Part shown: positions 1 through 8,310 of the stretch, piece by piece
Numbering within the stretch: the stretch's first letter is position 1
Layout: each line of letters opens with the position of its first letter
NCBI GenBank assembly: GCA_001782085.1
Contig: MFNM01000022.1
Coordinates: 1 to 43,564, forward strand
Reading direction: 5' to 3'
DNA: 43,564 nt
DNA from: Candidatus Levybacteria bacterium RIFCSPHIGHO2_01_FULL_37_33
GTDB taxonomy: Bacteria; Patescibacteriota; Microgenomatia; Levybacterales; UBA12049
The notes under the pieces: model-generated
What the model was told of the DNA's origin: nothing
Seen by the model: the letters and a program-made list of their open reading frames with translations, nothing else
The model's database searches: none
Made by a program: the position numbers and the translations under genes

Positions 1-141
1 TCTTTCTTGAGCAGTTAATTTTGTATGATGGTTTCCCATAACCCTGTATTCTATCTCAACAGGTGTTCGGATTCCATTTAGAACTTAGAAAACCGATAAC
101 ATTCTTGAGAAACTTTGAAGAGTCCTCTATAATTGCTCCGT

Positions 142-231
142 ATGAATAAGAAGGTTGTTTTGGCAGTTGGTGCGCATCCGCCCATAGTTGATCTTAATTT
201 CAAATTAATCTATAATTCTCCTCTAGCATGA
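142..231 (+). pseudogene. Decayed 5' end of a PIG-L/LmbE-type deacetylase gene (copy 1)
   Basis: 29-codon ORF MNKKVVLAVGAHPP... resembles the (I/V)LAVGAHPDD N-terminus of PIG-L/LmbE proteins, then diverges. Its stop overlaps the ATG of the next ORF. Confidence 0.3.
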
Positions 232-629
232 CTATAGAAAGTAGTCCGTTAAATAAAGCAAACGACATAATGATTGAAGCTGCAAGACAGGTTCAATCTC
301 TTGTTGAAGATGTTGTTAAAAATACAGCTAATTTTCCACAAACCTACTTCGGGCATAGCAGAACTGGAAAGATTATACTTAGACCAGGGCTGATTGTGGA
401 TATTATTGAAGAGGGAGATAAAAAATGGGCAATTGTCTTAGAACCGGAAGGAATTAAGAGATATCCTCTTGTCTTTGCAGTATTGCCCCGCACGAAAACA
501 AATATCATGGCTCCTGATACTTTCTCTTCAGATAGTTCTCTTAATGATTATCTAGTATATGGATGGAAAGCTTTGCAAGGACTTGAAAAATACCAGAGAA
601 AAATTAGTCGGGGGAAACCCTGGGGATAA
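228..629 (+). CDS. Hypothetical protein
   Basis: 133-aa ORF with no motif I recognise, bracketed by the two PIG-L-like start remnants. Confidence 0.5.
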   Translation: MTIESSPLNKANDIMIEAARQVQSLVEDVVKNTANFPQTYFGHSRTGKIILRPGLIVDIIEEGDKKWAIVLEPEGIKRYPLVFAVLPRTKTNIMAPDTFSSDSSLNDYLVYGWKALQGLEKYQRKISRGKPWG

Positions 630-765
630 TGGTTTTGGACTGAAAGAAAAACTGAACTCAAAAAATCTTACTAAAAAATGCTAGGCTTCTTGAAAGAATA
701 AGAGAAGAACAAGATTGCTAAGCTGAGAACTTTCCCCGAATCTTTTGTAATCCCCTCATATGAGC

Positions 766-810
766 ATGAAAAATAAGGTTGTTCTTGCTGTTGGGGCGCC
801 TGTTTTTATA
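766..810 (+). pseudogene. Decayed 5' end of a PIG-L/LmbE-type deacetylase gene (copy 2)
   Basis: MKNKVVLAVGAP... parallels 142-188 at DNA level (ATGAAnAAnAAGGTTGTTyTnGCnGTTGGnGCGC). It runs into the stop of the convergent recombinase gene. Confidence 0.3.
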
Positions 811-1711
811 GATCAGATAGGGTTGTGGTTTCTTTTCCTCTTTCTCCTACGAAATCAAGATACCTTTCGGTGGTCGATAATCTTTTGTGTCCTAAAATTT
901 TGGAAATAAGAACCAAAGAAGCACCCTGTTTTAAATGATGAGCAACGAATGTGTGTCTTAAATCATTTACTTTGGCATCTTTTATTTCTGCCAATCGGAA
1001 ATATCTTTCCATCGATGTTCTGATATTTCGAACTAAAAACGGTCTTCCGGATTTTGTAATAAAAAGATGATTGTCCTTGGTTTTTGGTCTTATCTCAATA
1101 TACTTTTGTAGTGCTTCCCGCCCCCTTTTATTAAGAGGAATATCTCTTTGCCCATGTTTTTCGTAAGGTTCTATGTGCAAAGAATCATTTCTAACGTCTG
1201 AAACTTTTAGATTTGCCAACTCTCCGATTCTTATTCCTGTCTGAAGAAGAAGTTCGATTATTGCAAACATTCTCGGATCGTTTCGTGCGGTATCCCGCAA
1301 AGCTCTGTATTCGGTTGGAGTAAGGATTCGGGGAGGTGCAAGCTGATATTTTGGATGAGCAACCAAAAGGGATGGGTCATCGGTAACATATTCATTAATC
1401 TTAAGAAACCTATAAAAAGTTCGGGTAGAATTAATTTTTCGAGAAATTGATTTAGGGGTGTAGCCGTCTCTCTGCATTTTGCCAAGAAATGCTTCGATGT
1501 CTTCCCGGGTTACCTCGTAAATTTTATTTTTCTGAAGAACTTCTAAGAACGAGACGAGCTGCTCTATATCTTTGCCGTATGCTACAATTGTAGAGCTTGA
1601 GTGCTTTTTAATTTTTAGAAAATTTTTGAACTCTTGGTGGGCATCCCGGAGTTTTACGTCTTTCATATAAAAGTGATATCCTATAATATCAAGAAACTTA
1701 GCTTTAGTCAA
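806..1711 (-). CDS. Tyrosine site-specific recombinase, XerC/XerD family
   Basis: 301 aa. N-terminal SAM-like core-binding domain, then catalytic signature TGIRIGEL (Arg), LRHTFVAHHL (HxxR) and GHKRLSTTERY (His/Tyr). Confidence 0.9.
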   Translation of the reverse strand: MTKAKFLDIIGYHFYMKDVKLRDAHQEFKNFLKIKKHSSSTIVAYGKDIEQLVSFLEVLQKNKIYEVTREDIEAFLGKMQRDGYTPKSISRKINSTRTFYRFLKINEYVTDDPSLLVAHPKYQLAPPRILTPTEYRALRDTARNDPRMFAIIELLLQTGIRIGELANLKVSDVRNDSLHIEPYEKHGQRDIPLNKRGREALQKYIEIRPKTKDNHLFITKSGRPFLVRNIRTSMERYFRLAEIKDAKVNDLRHTFVAHHLKQGASLVLISKILGHKRLSTTERYLDFVGERGKETTTLSDL

Positions 1712-1734
1712 GATGGGAATTTAATATATATAGT

Positions 1735-2073
1735 ATGAAGAAAATACTGTTTATCACAGCTGTTGTAGCCTCAATTTTCATCATAAATAGCCTTGTCCGC
1801 TCGATTTACGATCTTTGGGGAAAACAAGACTTAATTACAAAGGCTCAAAAAGAATTGGATAGTGAAAAACGGGAAAATAAGGAGCTAAAATCAAAATTGT
1901 CTCAAGCTCAGAGTAGTAAGTTTGTAGAGGAGGAGGCTAGGAATAAACTTTTGCTAGTAAAACCGGGGGAGGAGCAAGTAATTATTTCCCAAGATCTCCT
2001 CTCGTCAAGTTCTGCTAAGAAAAAGCCGGATTCCCGCCCGAATTTTCGAAAATGGTGGGACTTATTCTTCTAG
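1735..2073 (+). CDS. Septum formation initiator (FtsB/DivIC-like)
   Basis: N-terminal TM helix, coiled coil, then EEEARNKLLLVKPGEEQVI, typical of DivIC/FtsB family proteins. Confidence 0.65.
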   Translation: MKKILFITAVVASIFIINSLVRSIYDLWGKQDLITKAQKELDSEKRENKELKSKLSQAQSSKFVEEEARNKLLLVKPGEEQVIISQDLLSSSSAKKKPDSRPNFRKWWDLFF

Positions 2074-2077
2074 TTTA

Positions 2078-2105
2078 CACTGAGAGAACAAAGTGAGTCG
2101 AAGTG
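2078..2105 (+). repeat. REP-like 28-mer CACTGAGAGAACAAAGTGAGTCGAAGTG, inverted partner at 11301-11328
   Basis: The reverse complement of 11301-11328 matches at 26 of 28 positions (hand alignment). It lies 5 nt after the ftsB-like stop. Confidence 0.8.
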
Positions 2106-2280
2106 TTGCGGGGGTTGGAAGAAATCAGGAATTTTTTCCTCTCCCAAACCACGCCTATATTTATACCAGATTTAAGTTAGAAGGTCTATTTTTGTAAGGA
2201 CTCTTATGCTCTCTACGCATGCAAGCTTTGGGGCTGGTTTATCAAAAATTGGCTCAATTTCTACAAAATTAATTTAATTT

Positions 2281-2484
2281 TTACTTACCCCAGATTTTAT
2301 AAATAATAAAACTAGGAATTGAGACAATAATACCCCCAACTATAAATTGACCCCAACTTGGTTCTAGCCAAGATTTTGTAACAATACCCATAGATGTTTG
2401 ATTAATAGGAGAAAGAGTAGCAATAAACAGAAGCGCAATCAAGACTATCCAAATTGTTAATATAATTTTTTGATTTTTATTCAA
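2281..2484 (-). CDS. Small membrane protein (2 predicted TM helices)
   Basis: 67-aa hydrophobic ORF starting 3 nt downstream of the preceding gene's stop; operon-like. Confidence 0.5.
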   Translation of the reverse strand: MNKNQKIILTIWIVLIALLFIATLSPINQTSMGIVTKSWLEPSWGQFIVGGIIVSIPSFIIYKIWGK

Positions 2485-2486
2485 GG

Positions 2487-2813
2487 TTAATAGCTGTATC
2501 GGTAGCTATTGTATCCGTAGTTATAATCGTAATCTGAATAGGACGGAGTATACCAATTAGAATTATAAGAACGACCGCTGTAATAGGAGTTATTGTATCC
2601 ATACCCGTTGCTATATGAGGGAGAACGGTAATTGTAGTTATCGTAAGTATAGGCATTAGCCCTGGAACGATAATAAGGTTGTACATAGGTTCCACTTGAA
2701 CGATAATAACCCCGAACGTATGTTGCTTCTACCGAACCGTGTGGGAATGACAAAGCAAGGGTAAGAATAATAAACAAACCTAAAATAATCTTCTTCACAT
2801 CTTGATTATACAC
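2487..2813 (-). CDS. Secreted Tyr/Asn/Ser-rich low-complexity protein
   Basis: Signal-peptide-like N-terminus (KKIILGLFIILTLALSFPHGSVEA), then about 80 aa dominated by Y, N, S, R and G (YYRS, YNYR, GYGYNN). Confidence 0.6.
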   Translation of the reverse strand: MYNQDVKKIILGLFIILTLALSFPHGSVEATYVRGYYRSSGTYVQPYYRSRANAYTYDNYNYRSPSYSNGYGYNNSYYSGRSYNSNWYTPSYSDYDYNYGYNSYRYSY

Positions 2814-2889
2814 CCTCTGTCAAACAAACCGTATATTTATAGTAATATTTATAAACAAAACTTGTCTTCTCTCCGAGCTTAAAACTTTA

Positions 2890-3789
2890 TTAATTTATTT
2901 TTACGTTCTTAACTTCAGACATCGGGATATTTTCTCCATTTATTATCATCTCTATTGCCTTCATCCCCTTGAGTAACATTTCAGCTTGCTGGGGTCTTGT
3001 GGCAGGCTCTAGTGCATCATCAGAGCATATATACTCCTTATTTTTTCTAATTGGGTATAGACTGGATATACTTTTTGATACGCTTGCTTCATCAAGGCAT
3101 GTATTTTTATCAAAATCTTCATAGTTTTCCAATAATTTCTTAAAATTTTCAGGATGTTTATTATTTGCTAGTACAAATGTTTTTTTATTTGAATCCCAAT
3201 CATAATAATCCCACCATAGCAAACGACAACTTCCCAAACATCCTAAATATCCTATGTCTCCGGATATTGAAATCCCTTCTCCGCGGTAAGACAAAGAAAA
3301 GTATGGGTCTCTAGTAGAAAAATCTTCTCCAAATTCAATATTTACCCATCTACCTTGATTATCGTCAAATGATTTTTTGAAAATTAACTTATATTTATTA
3401 CCTTCTTTGCGATAAATTCCTATTGAACTATCATTCCAGCTATTGTAGTCAATTACAGATTTCATTGAAACATATTCTTGCTTATCATTTTCAAACACCC
3501 TTACATATTGTTTTACTTCATCCGGCTCACTATCTTTATTTAGTAAAAATTCAAATAAGTCAGGATATTCATTTTTACTTACTACTTTTGTAGACCCTCT
3601 GTATAATGTATTATTGCAAATCCTGACGACTTCTTTTCTTGATGTAAAATCCTTCAATTCAAAAGGGTTAACACAATTATTTTTACTATTTTTATAATAA
3701 ACAACGGTTAAAAGAGATATTGCAAATAAAATCAATACTATAAACTTAGAAAGAGGTGTAACTGTGGTAAATCTCTTACACATATTCAT
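2890..3789 (-). CDS. Hypothetical membrane-anchored/secreted protein
   Basis: 299 aa with an N-terminal hydrophobic anchor (FIVLILFAISLLTVVYY) and several Cys. No recognised domain. Confidence 0.55.
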   Translation of the reverse strand: MNMCKRFTTVTPLSKFIVLILFAISLLTVVYYKNSKNNCVNPFELKDFTSRKEVVRICNNTLYRGSTKVVSKNEYPDLFEFLLNKDSEPDEVKQYVRVFENDKQEYVSMKSVIDYNSWNDSSIGIYRKEGNKYKLIFKKSFDDNQGRWVNIEFGEDFSTRDPYFSLSYRGEGISISGDIGYLGCLGSCRLLWWDYYDWDSNKKTFVLANNKHPENFKKLLENYEDFDKNTCLDEASVSKSISSLYPIRKNKEYICSDDALEPATRPQQAEMLLKGMKAIEMIINGENIPMSEVKNVKIN

Positions 3790-3844
3790 TTATTCTGAAA
3801 GGATTATCTTATTCTGTTAGGAGGAAGTCAAGCGAAGAACCGGT

Positions 3845-4048
3845 CTAATTTATAAGATCTACTGGTTTTACCTTTAACGCACGTGCAATTTTGTGTATGG
3901 TTTTAAGGGTTGGATTCCGCTTACCAGCCTCAATATCTATTATTGACTTAGGGTCAACTTTTGCTAATTCAGCTAACTGCTCTTGAGTTAGATTGCGTTC
4001 CTTTCTTGTTCTCCTAATCTTGTCTCCCAGCTTTTTATAGGTTGCCAT
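3845..4048 (-). CDS. XRE-family helix-turn-helix transcriptional regulator
   Basis: 67 aa. IRRTRKERNLTQEQLAELAKVDPKSIIDIEAGKRNPTLKTIHKIARAL is a classic Cro/C1 HTH. Confidence 0.85.
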   Translation of the reverse strand: MATYKKLGDKIRRTRKERNLTQEQLAELAKVDPKSIIDIEAGKRNPTLKTIHKIARALKVKPVDLIN

Positions 4049-4148
4049 CTTGACTTAATTCTGGTATATATGTCACATTAGTAACAGGAAATATATTCCA
4101 TATTTTAGCCTTAAGACGCGATTGAAAAGTTAATAGGAAATTAAGCTT

Positions 4149-4637
4149 ATGAAGAAGTGGGAAATCATAAGAAATATTTTGTTGAGTATTAGTGCTATAG
4201 TTGTCGTCTCTTCTGTTGTTTACTACCTTTTCGCCTATTTACCCTCTTTAAGCGAAAAAAAAGAACTTTATGAACAAGAGGTAGAACTTTATAAAAGAAG
4301 AGAAAATTGCGCTCAAGCTGGCAAAGAATACCATTTAAGTATAATCAAGAATCCTCCTAAATACGCCGAATTGCCACCCAGTTATTTCACTCCAAGATTT
4401 TATTACAATCACGCACTTAAAAAGTGCTTATATCATAGTGGCTACCTAATCTTTCAGGCAGAGGGAACTATTCATGAAGAATGGGTTATAGATATAAATA
4501 CAAGTGAAAAACTAGCCTTTCTTTCTTATTTTAACGGTAAAGATGTTACAGTGGCTGGTACTGGCGAAAGACTTAAGGCGGGTATGGACAAAGAGCAATT
4601 TAACTTGAAAGTAAAAGAATTGTTTGGGGATCAATAA
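4149..4637 (+). CDS. Membrane-anchored hypothetical protein (paralog group with the next two genes)
   Basis: N-terminal TM helix. Shares the C-terminal K(K/R)C(L/I)(Y/H)xSG(Y/L) motif with 4650-4892 and 4889-5224. Confidence 0.55.
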   Translation: MKKWEIIRNILLSISAIVVVSSVVYYLFAYLPSLSEKKELYEQEVELYKRRENCAQAGKEYHLSIIKNPPKYAELPPSYFTPRFYYNHALKKCLYHSGYLIFQAEGTIHEEWVIDINTSEKLAFLSYFNGKDVTVAGTGERLKAGMDKEQFNLKVKELFGDQ

Positions 4638-4649
4638 TTCAAACAAAAA

Positions 4650-4892
4650 ATGCGTTTAAAATTCCAACCATCAGGTAAATTAATAACTATTATTATAATT
4701 CTGGCTTTAATTAGCTTGTGGTTCTACTGGTTTCAATGGTTTCCTGCAAAAATAAGGTCTGATTGTGAGAATGAGATAATAACTTCGGATACTGTAGCGC
4801 TGAAGTATCTTGACGAAGATACCCGACCAAAATCGGTTGAGGATTACAATCTCCGTTTTATGAGATGCATACACAGGAGTGGACTAAAATGA
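4650..4892 (+). CDS. Small membrane-anchored protein, paralog
   Basis: The TM helix ends in FYWFQWFPAKIRSDC, near-identical to FYWFQWRPMQIRKEC in the next gene. Confidence 0.55.
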   Translation: MRLKFQPSGKLITIIIILALISLWFYWFQWFPAKIRSDCENEIITSDTVALKYLDEDTRPKSVEDYNLRFMRCIHRSGLK

Positions 4893-5224
4893 CAGAAGGA
4901 AAAGCAAAGAAAGAGAATAAGAAGGTTTTGATTATCATTGTGGTTATGGTTCTCGCTTTGTTGACCGGTCTGTTTTATTGGTTTCAATGGCGACCCATGC
5001 AGATTAGGAAGGAATGTTACAAATTAAGTTTTGGTAAAGTAGAAGGGTGGATTGAGGAGAATACAAAAAATTATGAATGGGCACCAGGGAAAGAGTGGCA
5101 CGCTTTAGAAGGAAACGCTAGTGGTAAATGGGGTTGGAAATATACTATTCCGGAATCAAAAGAAACAGTTGAATATTGGTTTAAAAGATGTCTTACAGAA
5201 AAAGGATTAGAGGGCAGATTTTAA
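4889..5224 (+). CDS. Small membrane-anchored protein, paralog
   Basis: The ATGA start/stop overlap with the preceding gene favours the ATG at 4889 over the track start 4865 (same frame). Confidence 0.55.
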   Translation: MTEGKAKKENKKVLIIIVVMVLALLTGLFYWFQWRPMQIRKECYKLSFGKVEGWIEENTKNYEWAPGKEWHALEGNASGKWGWKYTIPESKETVEYWFKRCLTEKGLEGRF

Positions 5225-5317
5225 TGGCGTTAAACTGAGACTACTTGCGATGGTCAGCTCAGTTCAATGAATTGACATTTACTGACAAACGAAGTATAAG
5301 AGTTATAATTGCCCCGC

Positions 5318-6091
5318 ATGATGAAGATGAAGATTAAGATTTTATTTGTAGTATTGGCAATTTTTCTGTTTTTAGCCCCGGAAATACTCGCGGCAAGTTC
5401 TTCTTTCTTTAGTAACGCACAAAATTGGTATAATTCCAATTGCGTTAGAAGACCAGAGAGAGCTAGGGGACAACAAGCAGTTCTTTGTTATGCTTTTGAT
5501 AAATTAAATGAGCTTCATCAGACTAATGATACTCAAGATCAGAAAATAACAGAATTAGAGCAACGAATTGAAGATCTAGAAGTATTACACCCCACACCCA
5601 CACTAACGCCAATATCCGCAAAAAGAGTGTTTATTACAAGCACTATTTACAACGGCAACTTAGGTGGATTGGCTGGAGCAGACGTTAAGTGCCAAGAGCG
5701 TGTTACTGCTGCTGGATTGGGAGGAAGCTGGAAAGCTTGGCTAAGCGATGATTCAATATCTGCTGGATCTAGACTTACCCATAATTCAGGGTCTTATGAA
5801 TTAATTAATGGTTCTAAAATTGCTGATAGTTGGGAGGATCTTACAGATTTTTCTCTTGATGCTCCGATAAATATTAGCGAACTAAATACAACCGTAAATA
5901 ATCCTTGGGTCTGGACAAATACTTTTGGTGATGGGACTATTCGTCAAATAAACAACAGCAGTTGTATTAATTGGAGTTCTACCTCTTCGGGCGGGTCTAC
6001 AGGAGATTCTTCCAGGACTGATGGTGGATGGTCAGATTTTGGTGCAATTGTCTGCTCTTCTAGTCGTCCCCTTTACTGTTTTGAACAATAA
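5318..6091 (+). CDS. Secreted protein with coiled coil and Cys-containing C-terminal domain (DUF1554/endostatin-like C-type-lectin fold, tentative)
   Basis: Signal peptide MMKMKIKILFVVLAIFLFLAPEILA. C-terminal pattern VFITSTIYNGNLGGLAGADVKCQ...WKAWLSD...CxxW...RPLYCFE. Start placed at the first ATG after TATAAT (5304-5309). Confidence 0.55.
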   Translation: MMKMKIKILFVVLAIFLFLAPEILAASSSFFSNAQNWYNSNCVRRPERARGQQAVLCYAFDKLNELHQTNDTQDQKITELEQRIEDLEVLHPTPTLTPISAKRVFITSTIYNGNLGGLAGADVKCQERVTAAGLGGSWKAWLSDDSISAGSRLTHNSGSYELINGSKIADSWEDLTDFSLDAPINISELNTTVNNPWVWTNTFGDGTIRQINNSSCINWSSTSSGGSTGDSSRTDGGWSDFGAIVCSSSRPLYCFEQ

Positions 6092-6573
6092 GCTTATTTT
6101 TGATCGCCGGACTTTGCGGGCTTATTGCGAGACGTGAATCACCGGCGTCCATGTCCTTAAAATCATTTTCTTATCTTATCCAAAGAACTTCTAAGTATCA
6201 ATTCTAGCGCAAGAACCGAGGCTAGACTCTGCCCGTTAAGCTGTGTGGGGACAGAGAGACGCAGGTAGAAAGAGCTTAGCGAGCCTTAATCTCTCGTTCT
6301 AGGGCATTCTACGCCTAGAGGGATGGTCTCTGCGCAGGTTTCTTTTATGGAAGGGCGTACCTCCTCTTTCTTATTTGTTTCTTATTTGTGTACGGGTGAA
6401 GAGTGGGAGTATAGGACGAAATAAGCATTCTTAGTTTGAGGTACTCTTTCCCCGCCTCATACGTAGTGAAGCGTTTTTCTCTACCACCCATATCCCATTT
6501 TTAATTTTTCTGAATTTTTTGGGGATTTAAAGGTATTGAGTCTTAAGCTGGGTATGAGGTGTATAATTATAAT

Positions 6574-7125
6574 ATGGCAAAAGACTTATCCTTATTAGAG
6601 CCGGGGCTGACCCTGAAGCAGAGGAAGTTCCTTAAATTGTACTTTGAGACTGGAAACGGCACTCAAGCAGCGCTTGCTGTCTATAACACCAATGACCGGG
6701 GAAGCGCAAGCGTGATAGCTTCGGAAACATTAGCAAAACTTAAGAATCATGTCCGTGCATATATGGAGAGCAAAGGTTTATCTCTTGGTTTTTTGGTTGA
6801 CAAAATAATACAAGGCACAGAAGCAACAAAGACTACCAATGCAGCGATACTGGTTCAGAAGAACGGAAAAGCAGTTAAGGCGGAGGAACAGGGGCTGATT
6901 GAAGTACCGGACTACAGCGTAAGGCATAAATATTTGGAGACTGCAGCGAAGTGGCTGGGGCTGGAGCAACCAACAGTAACTATGCAACAAACAAATCAAC
7001 AATACACCTATTTTAGCGTAGATAAAAAGACTAAGGACGATTTTAACGAAAAATTCAGCCGATATCTTAAAGATTTTTATAGTAAAGAAAGCCCGGAAGA
7101 AAGCCCGGCGGATCAACAGGGTTAA
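6574..7125 (+). CDS. Terminase small subunit-like HTH protein
   Basis: LTLKQRKFLKLYFETGNGTQAALAVYN...ASVIASETL matches the N-terminal HTH of the phage TerS (Terminase_2-type) pattern LTxKQxxFxxEYxxxxNxxxAA. ATG sits 6 nt after TATAAT (6562-6567). Confidence 0.65.
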   Translation: MAKDLSLLEPGLTLKQRKFLKLYFETGNGTQAALAVYNTNDRGSASVIASETLAKLKNHVRAYMESKGLSLGFLVDKIIQGTEATKTTNAAILVQKNGKAVKAEEQGLIEVPDYSVRHKYLETAAKWLGLEQPTVTMQQTNQQYTYFSVDKKTKDDFNEKFSRYLKDFYSKESPEESPADQQG

Positions 7126-7234
7126 AAAGTCGTGCGAGAATGGAAGAGCTACCTATTCAAACAATTATTTTTAAAGCGAAAAATAGAATAATAGAATAAA
7201 TGTAATACCTGACTTTTAGGGTAAACCAAGAAGA

Positions 7235-7915
7235 ATGAATATGACTATGACACCTGAAGAAAAAGTCAAGCAGGAAACTCTCTGGGTTTTAGAACACCTT
7301 CAGGAAGAGAATATTGTTACAGAAGAAGACACGATTATTAGGTTTAATCTAGTTAATGCTATCGGTGCGAATGTTCCCTCTCATGAGAGACAAAAGCAGA
7401 TAATCCGTATGTTACACCGAGAGAAGGCAATCAAGATCTCAAAAGAAACCAAACGCGGGTTTGAATTAAGAGTTTTGAAACATAAGTTTAATGAAATTTA
7501 TCACTTCTATCACGAACAGCAAGGCGAGACGACTGCCACAGTAATAACTCAAGATGACAGTCGCCCATTGTTAAAGGTTGAGGGGACTTGGGGTTATCTT
7601 AAGTTTGGCAAGTATGGTACGAAAATCAAGATAGGAAAAGCGAACCCAAGAGCTTCAAGAGCTTTCAAGTTGCTTCAATCCCTATCAGAGCCATGGGAGG
7701 TAAACAAAACTATAGATGCAGTCTTTGAGGCAATCAGGTCACCGAAAGATCAAGATGACTCACGATTATTGGACTGGAATACTGCAAAAACCAGAAAGGT
7801 TGAAATTATCCAGACCGCCATAAAAGAGCTCCAAAGAGATAATAAGTTGAAAGGCAAAATCAGGTTCGTGTTCAACAACGATAAAACTATAGTGAAAGCT
7901 GTTCGCCTCGTGTAA
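7235..7915 (+). CDS. Hypothetical protein (mobile-element associated)
   Basis: 226-aa ORF with no recognised motif. Confidence 0.5.
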   Translation: MNMTMTPEEKVKQETLWVLEHLQEENIVTEEDTIIRFNLVNAIGANVPSHERQKQIIRMLHREKAIKISKETKRGFELRVLKHKFNEIYHFYHEQQGETTATVITQDDSRPLLKVEGTWGYLKFGKYGTKIKIGKANPRASRAFKLLQSLSEPWEVNKTIDAVFEAIRSPKDQDDSRLLDWNTAKTRKVEIIQTAIKELQRDNKLKGKIRFVFNNDKTIVKAVRLV

Positions 7916-8067
7916 AAGTGGGACTTAGTGTAAGTTTTTTGCTGTAGCCTACTAACGCTTAGTGGAACTATCCATTTTAGCCTCAAAAACTGAGTATCTT
8001 CTTCTAAAATCCCACTAATACTCACTCGCAAAACTCAAATGAGTGGGTGTCTTATGATGGTTTTATC

Positions 8068-8310
8068 ATGAACATAAAAGAGTATTATTCAACTTCTGAT
8101 CTTGCGTTAACAGCTACACTTTCCCTATTTTATTCTATTGAAGCGATAGATCGTCAAAACCCTTATAAAGCACAATTCCTATTTAAGCGAGATGAACAAC
8201 TAGATAAGCTCATTGAAGCCTATTGGCGTGGCGAATTAAAAGTCAACCCTCAAGTCTATTTCAATCAACTCAAAGTTATCAAAAGTAGGATTTACGAAGG
8301 AGAATACTAG
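8068..8310 (+). CDS. DUF5659-like small protein
   Basis: YSTSDLALTATLSLFY...FLFKRDEQLDKLIEAYWRGELKVNPQVYFNQLKVIKSRIY resembles the DUF5659 pattern common in phage/plasmid modules. Start placed at an internal in-frame ATG. Confidence 0.45.
   Translation: MNIKEYYSTSDLALTATLSLFYSIEAIDRQNPYKAQFLFKRDEQLDKLIEAYWRGELKVNPQVYFNQLKVIKSRIYEGEY

Noticed and set aside
1258-1485. 75-aa minus-strand ORF within the recombinase gene, and similar embedded ORFs (6778-7116, 7750-8031, 10224-10774, 12480-12776, 13621-14020, 14949-15248, 16161-16499, 16632-16898, 17787-18324, 22116-22469, 22438-22965, 24399-24686, 24925-25113, 26123-26449, 27889-28110, 29061-29470, 32227-32409, 32724-33041, 35757-35966, 36340-36621, 36624-37019, 37778-38175, 39005-39208, 41441-41659, 42287-42529)
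   Set aside because: All overlap longer ORFs that carry recognisable conserved motifs or better start contexts. None has independent support.
806-1711. Treating the tyrosine recombinase as the integrase of the 2.1-11.3 kb island
   Set aside because: Its Xer-like length and motifs, and its position next to a cell-division gene, fit a chromosomal dimer-resolution recombinase equally well. The window alone gives no att evidence.
2477-2695. Alternative 72-aa frame over the Tyr-rich gene
   Set aside because: The 2487-2813 frame has a signal peptide and operon-like spacing. The alternative frame is a by-product of the repetitive sequence.
5254-5439. 61-aa minus-strand ORF, and 9110-9331 minus-strand ORF
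   Set aside because: They overlap the promoter or signal-peptide region of 5318-6091 and the symmetric site plus start of the recombinase gene, respectively. They have no SD or motif support.
6100-6150. RNase P RNA-like words (minus-strand GCAAAGTCCGGCG; plus-strand GCGGGCTTAT)
   Set aside because: The order and orientation are wrong for RNase P RNA. There is no room on the minus strand before the upstream CDS, and the other conserved regions were not found.
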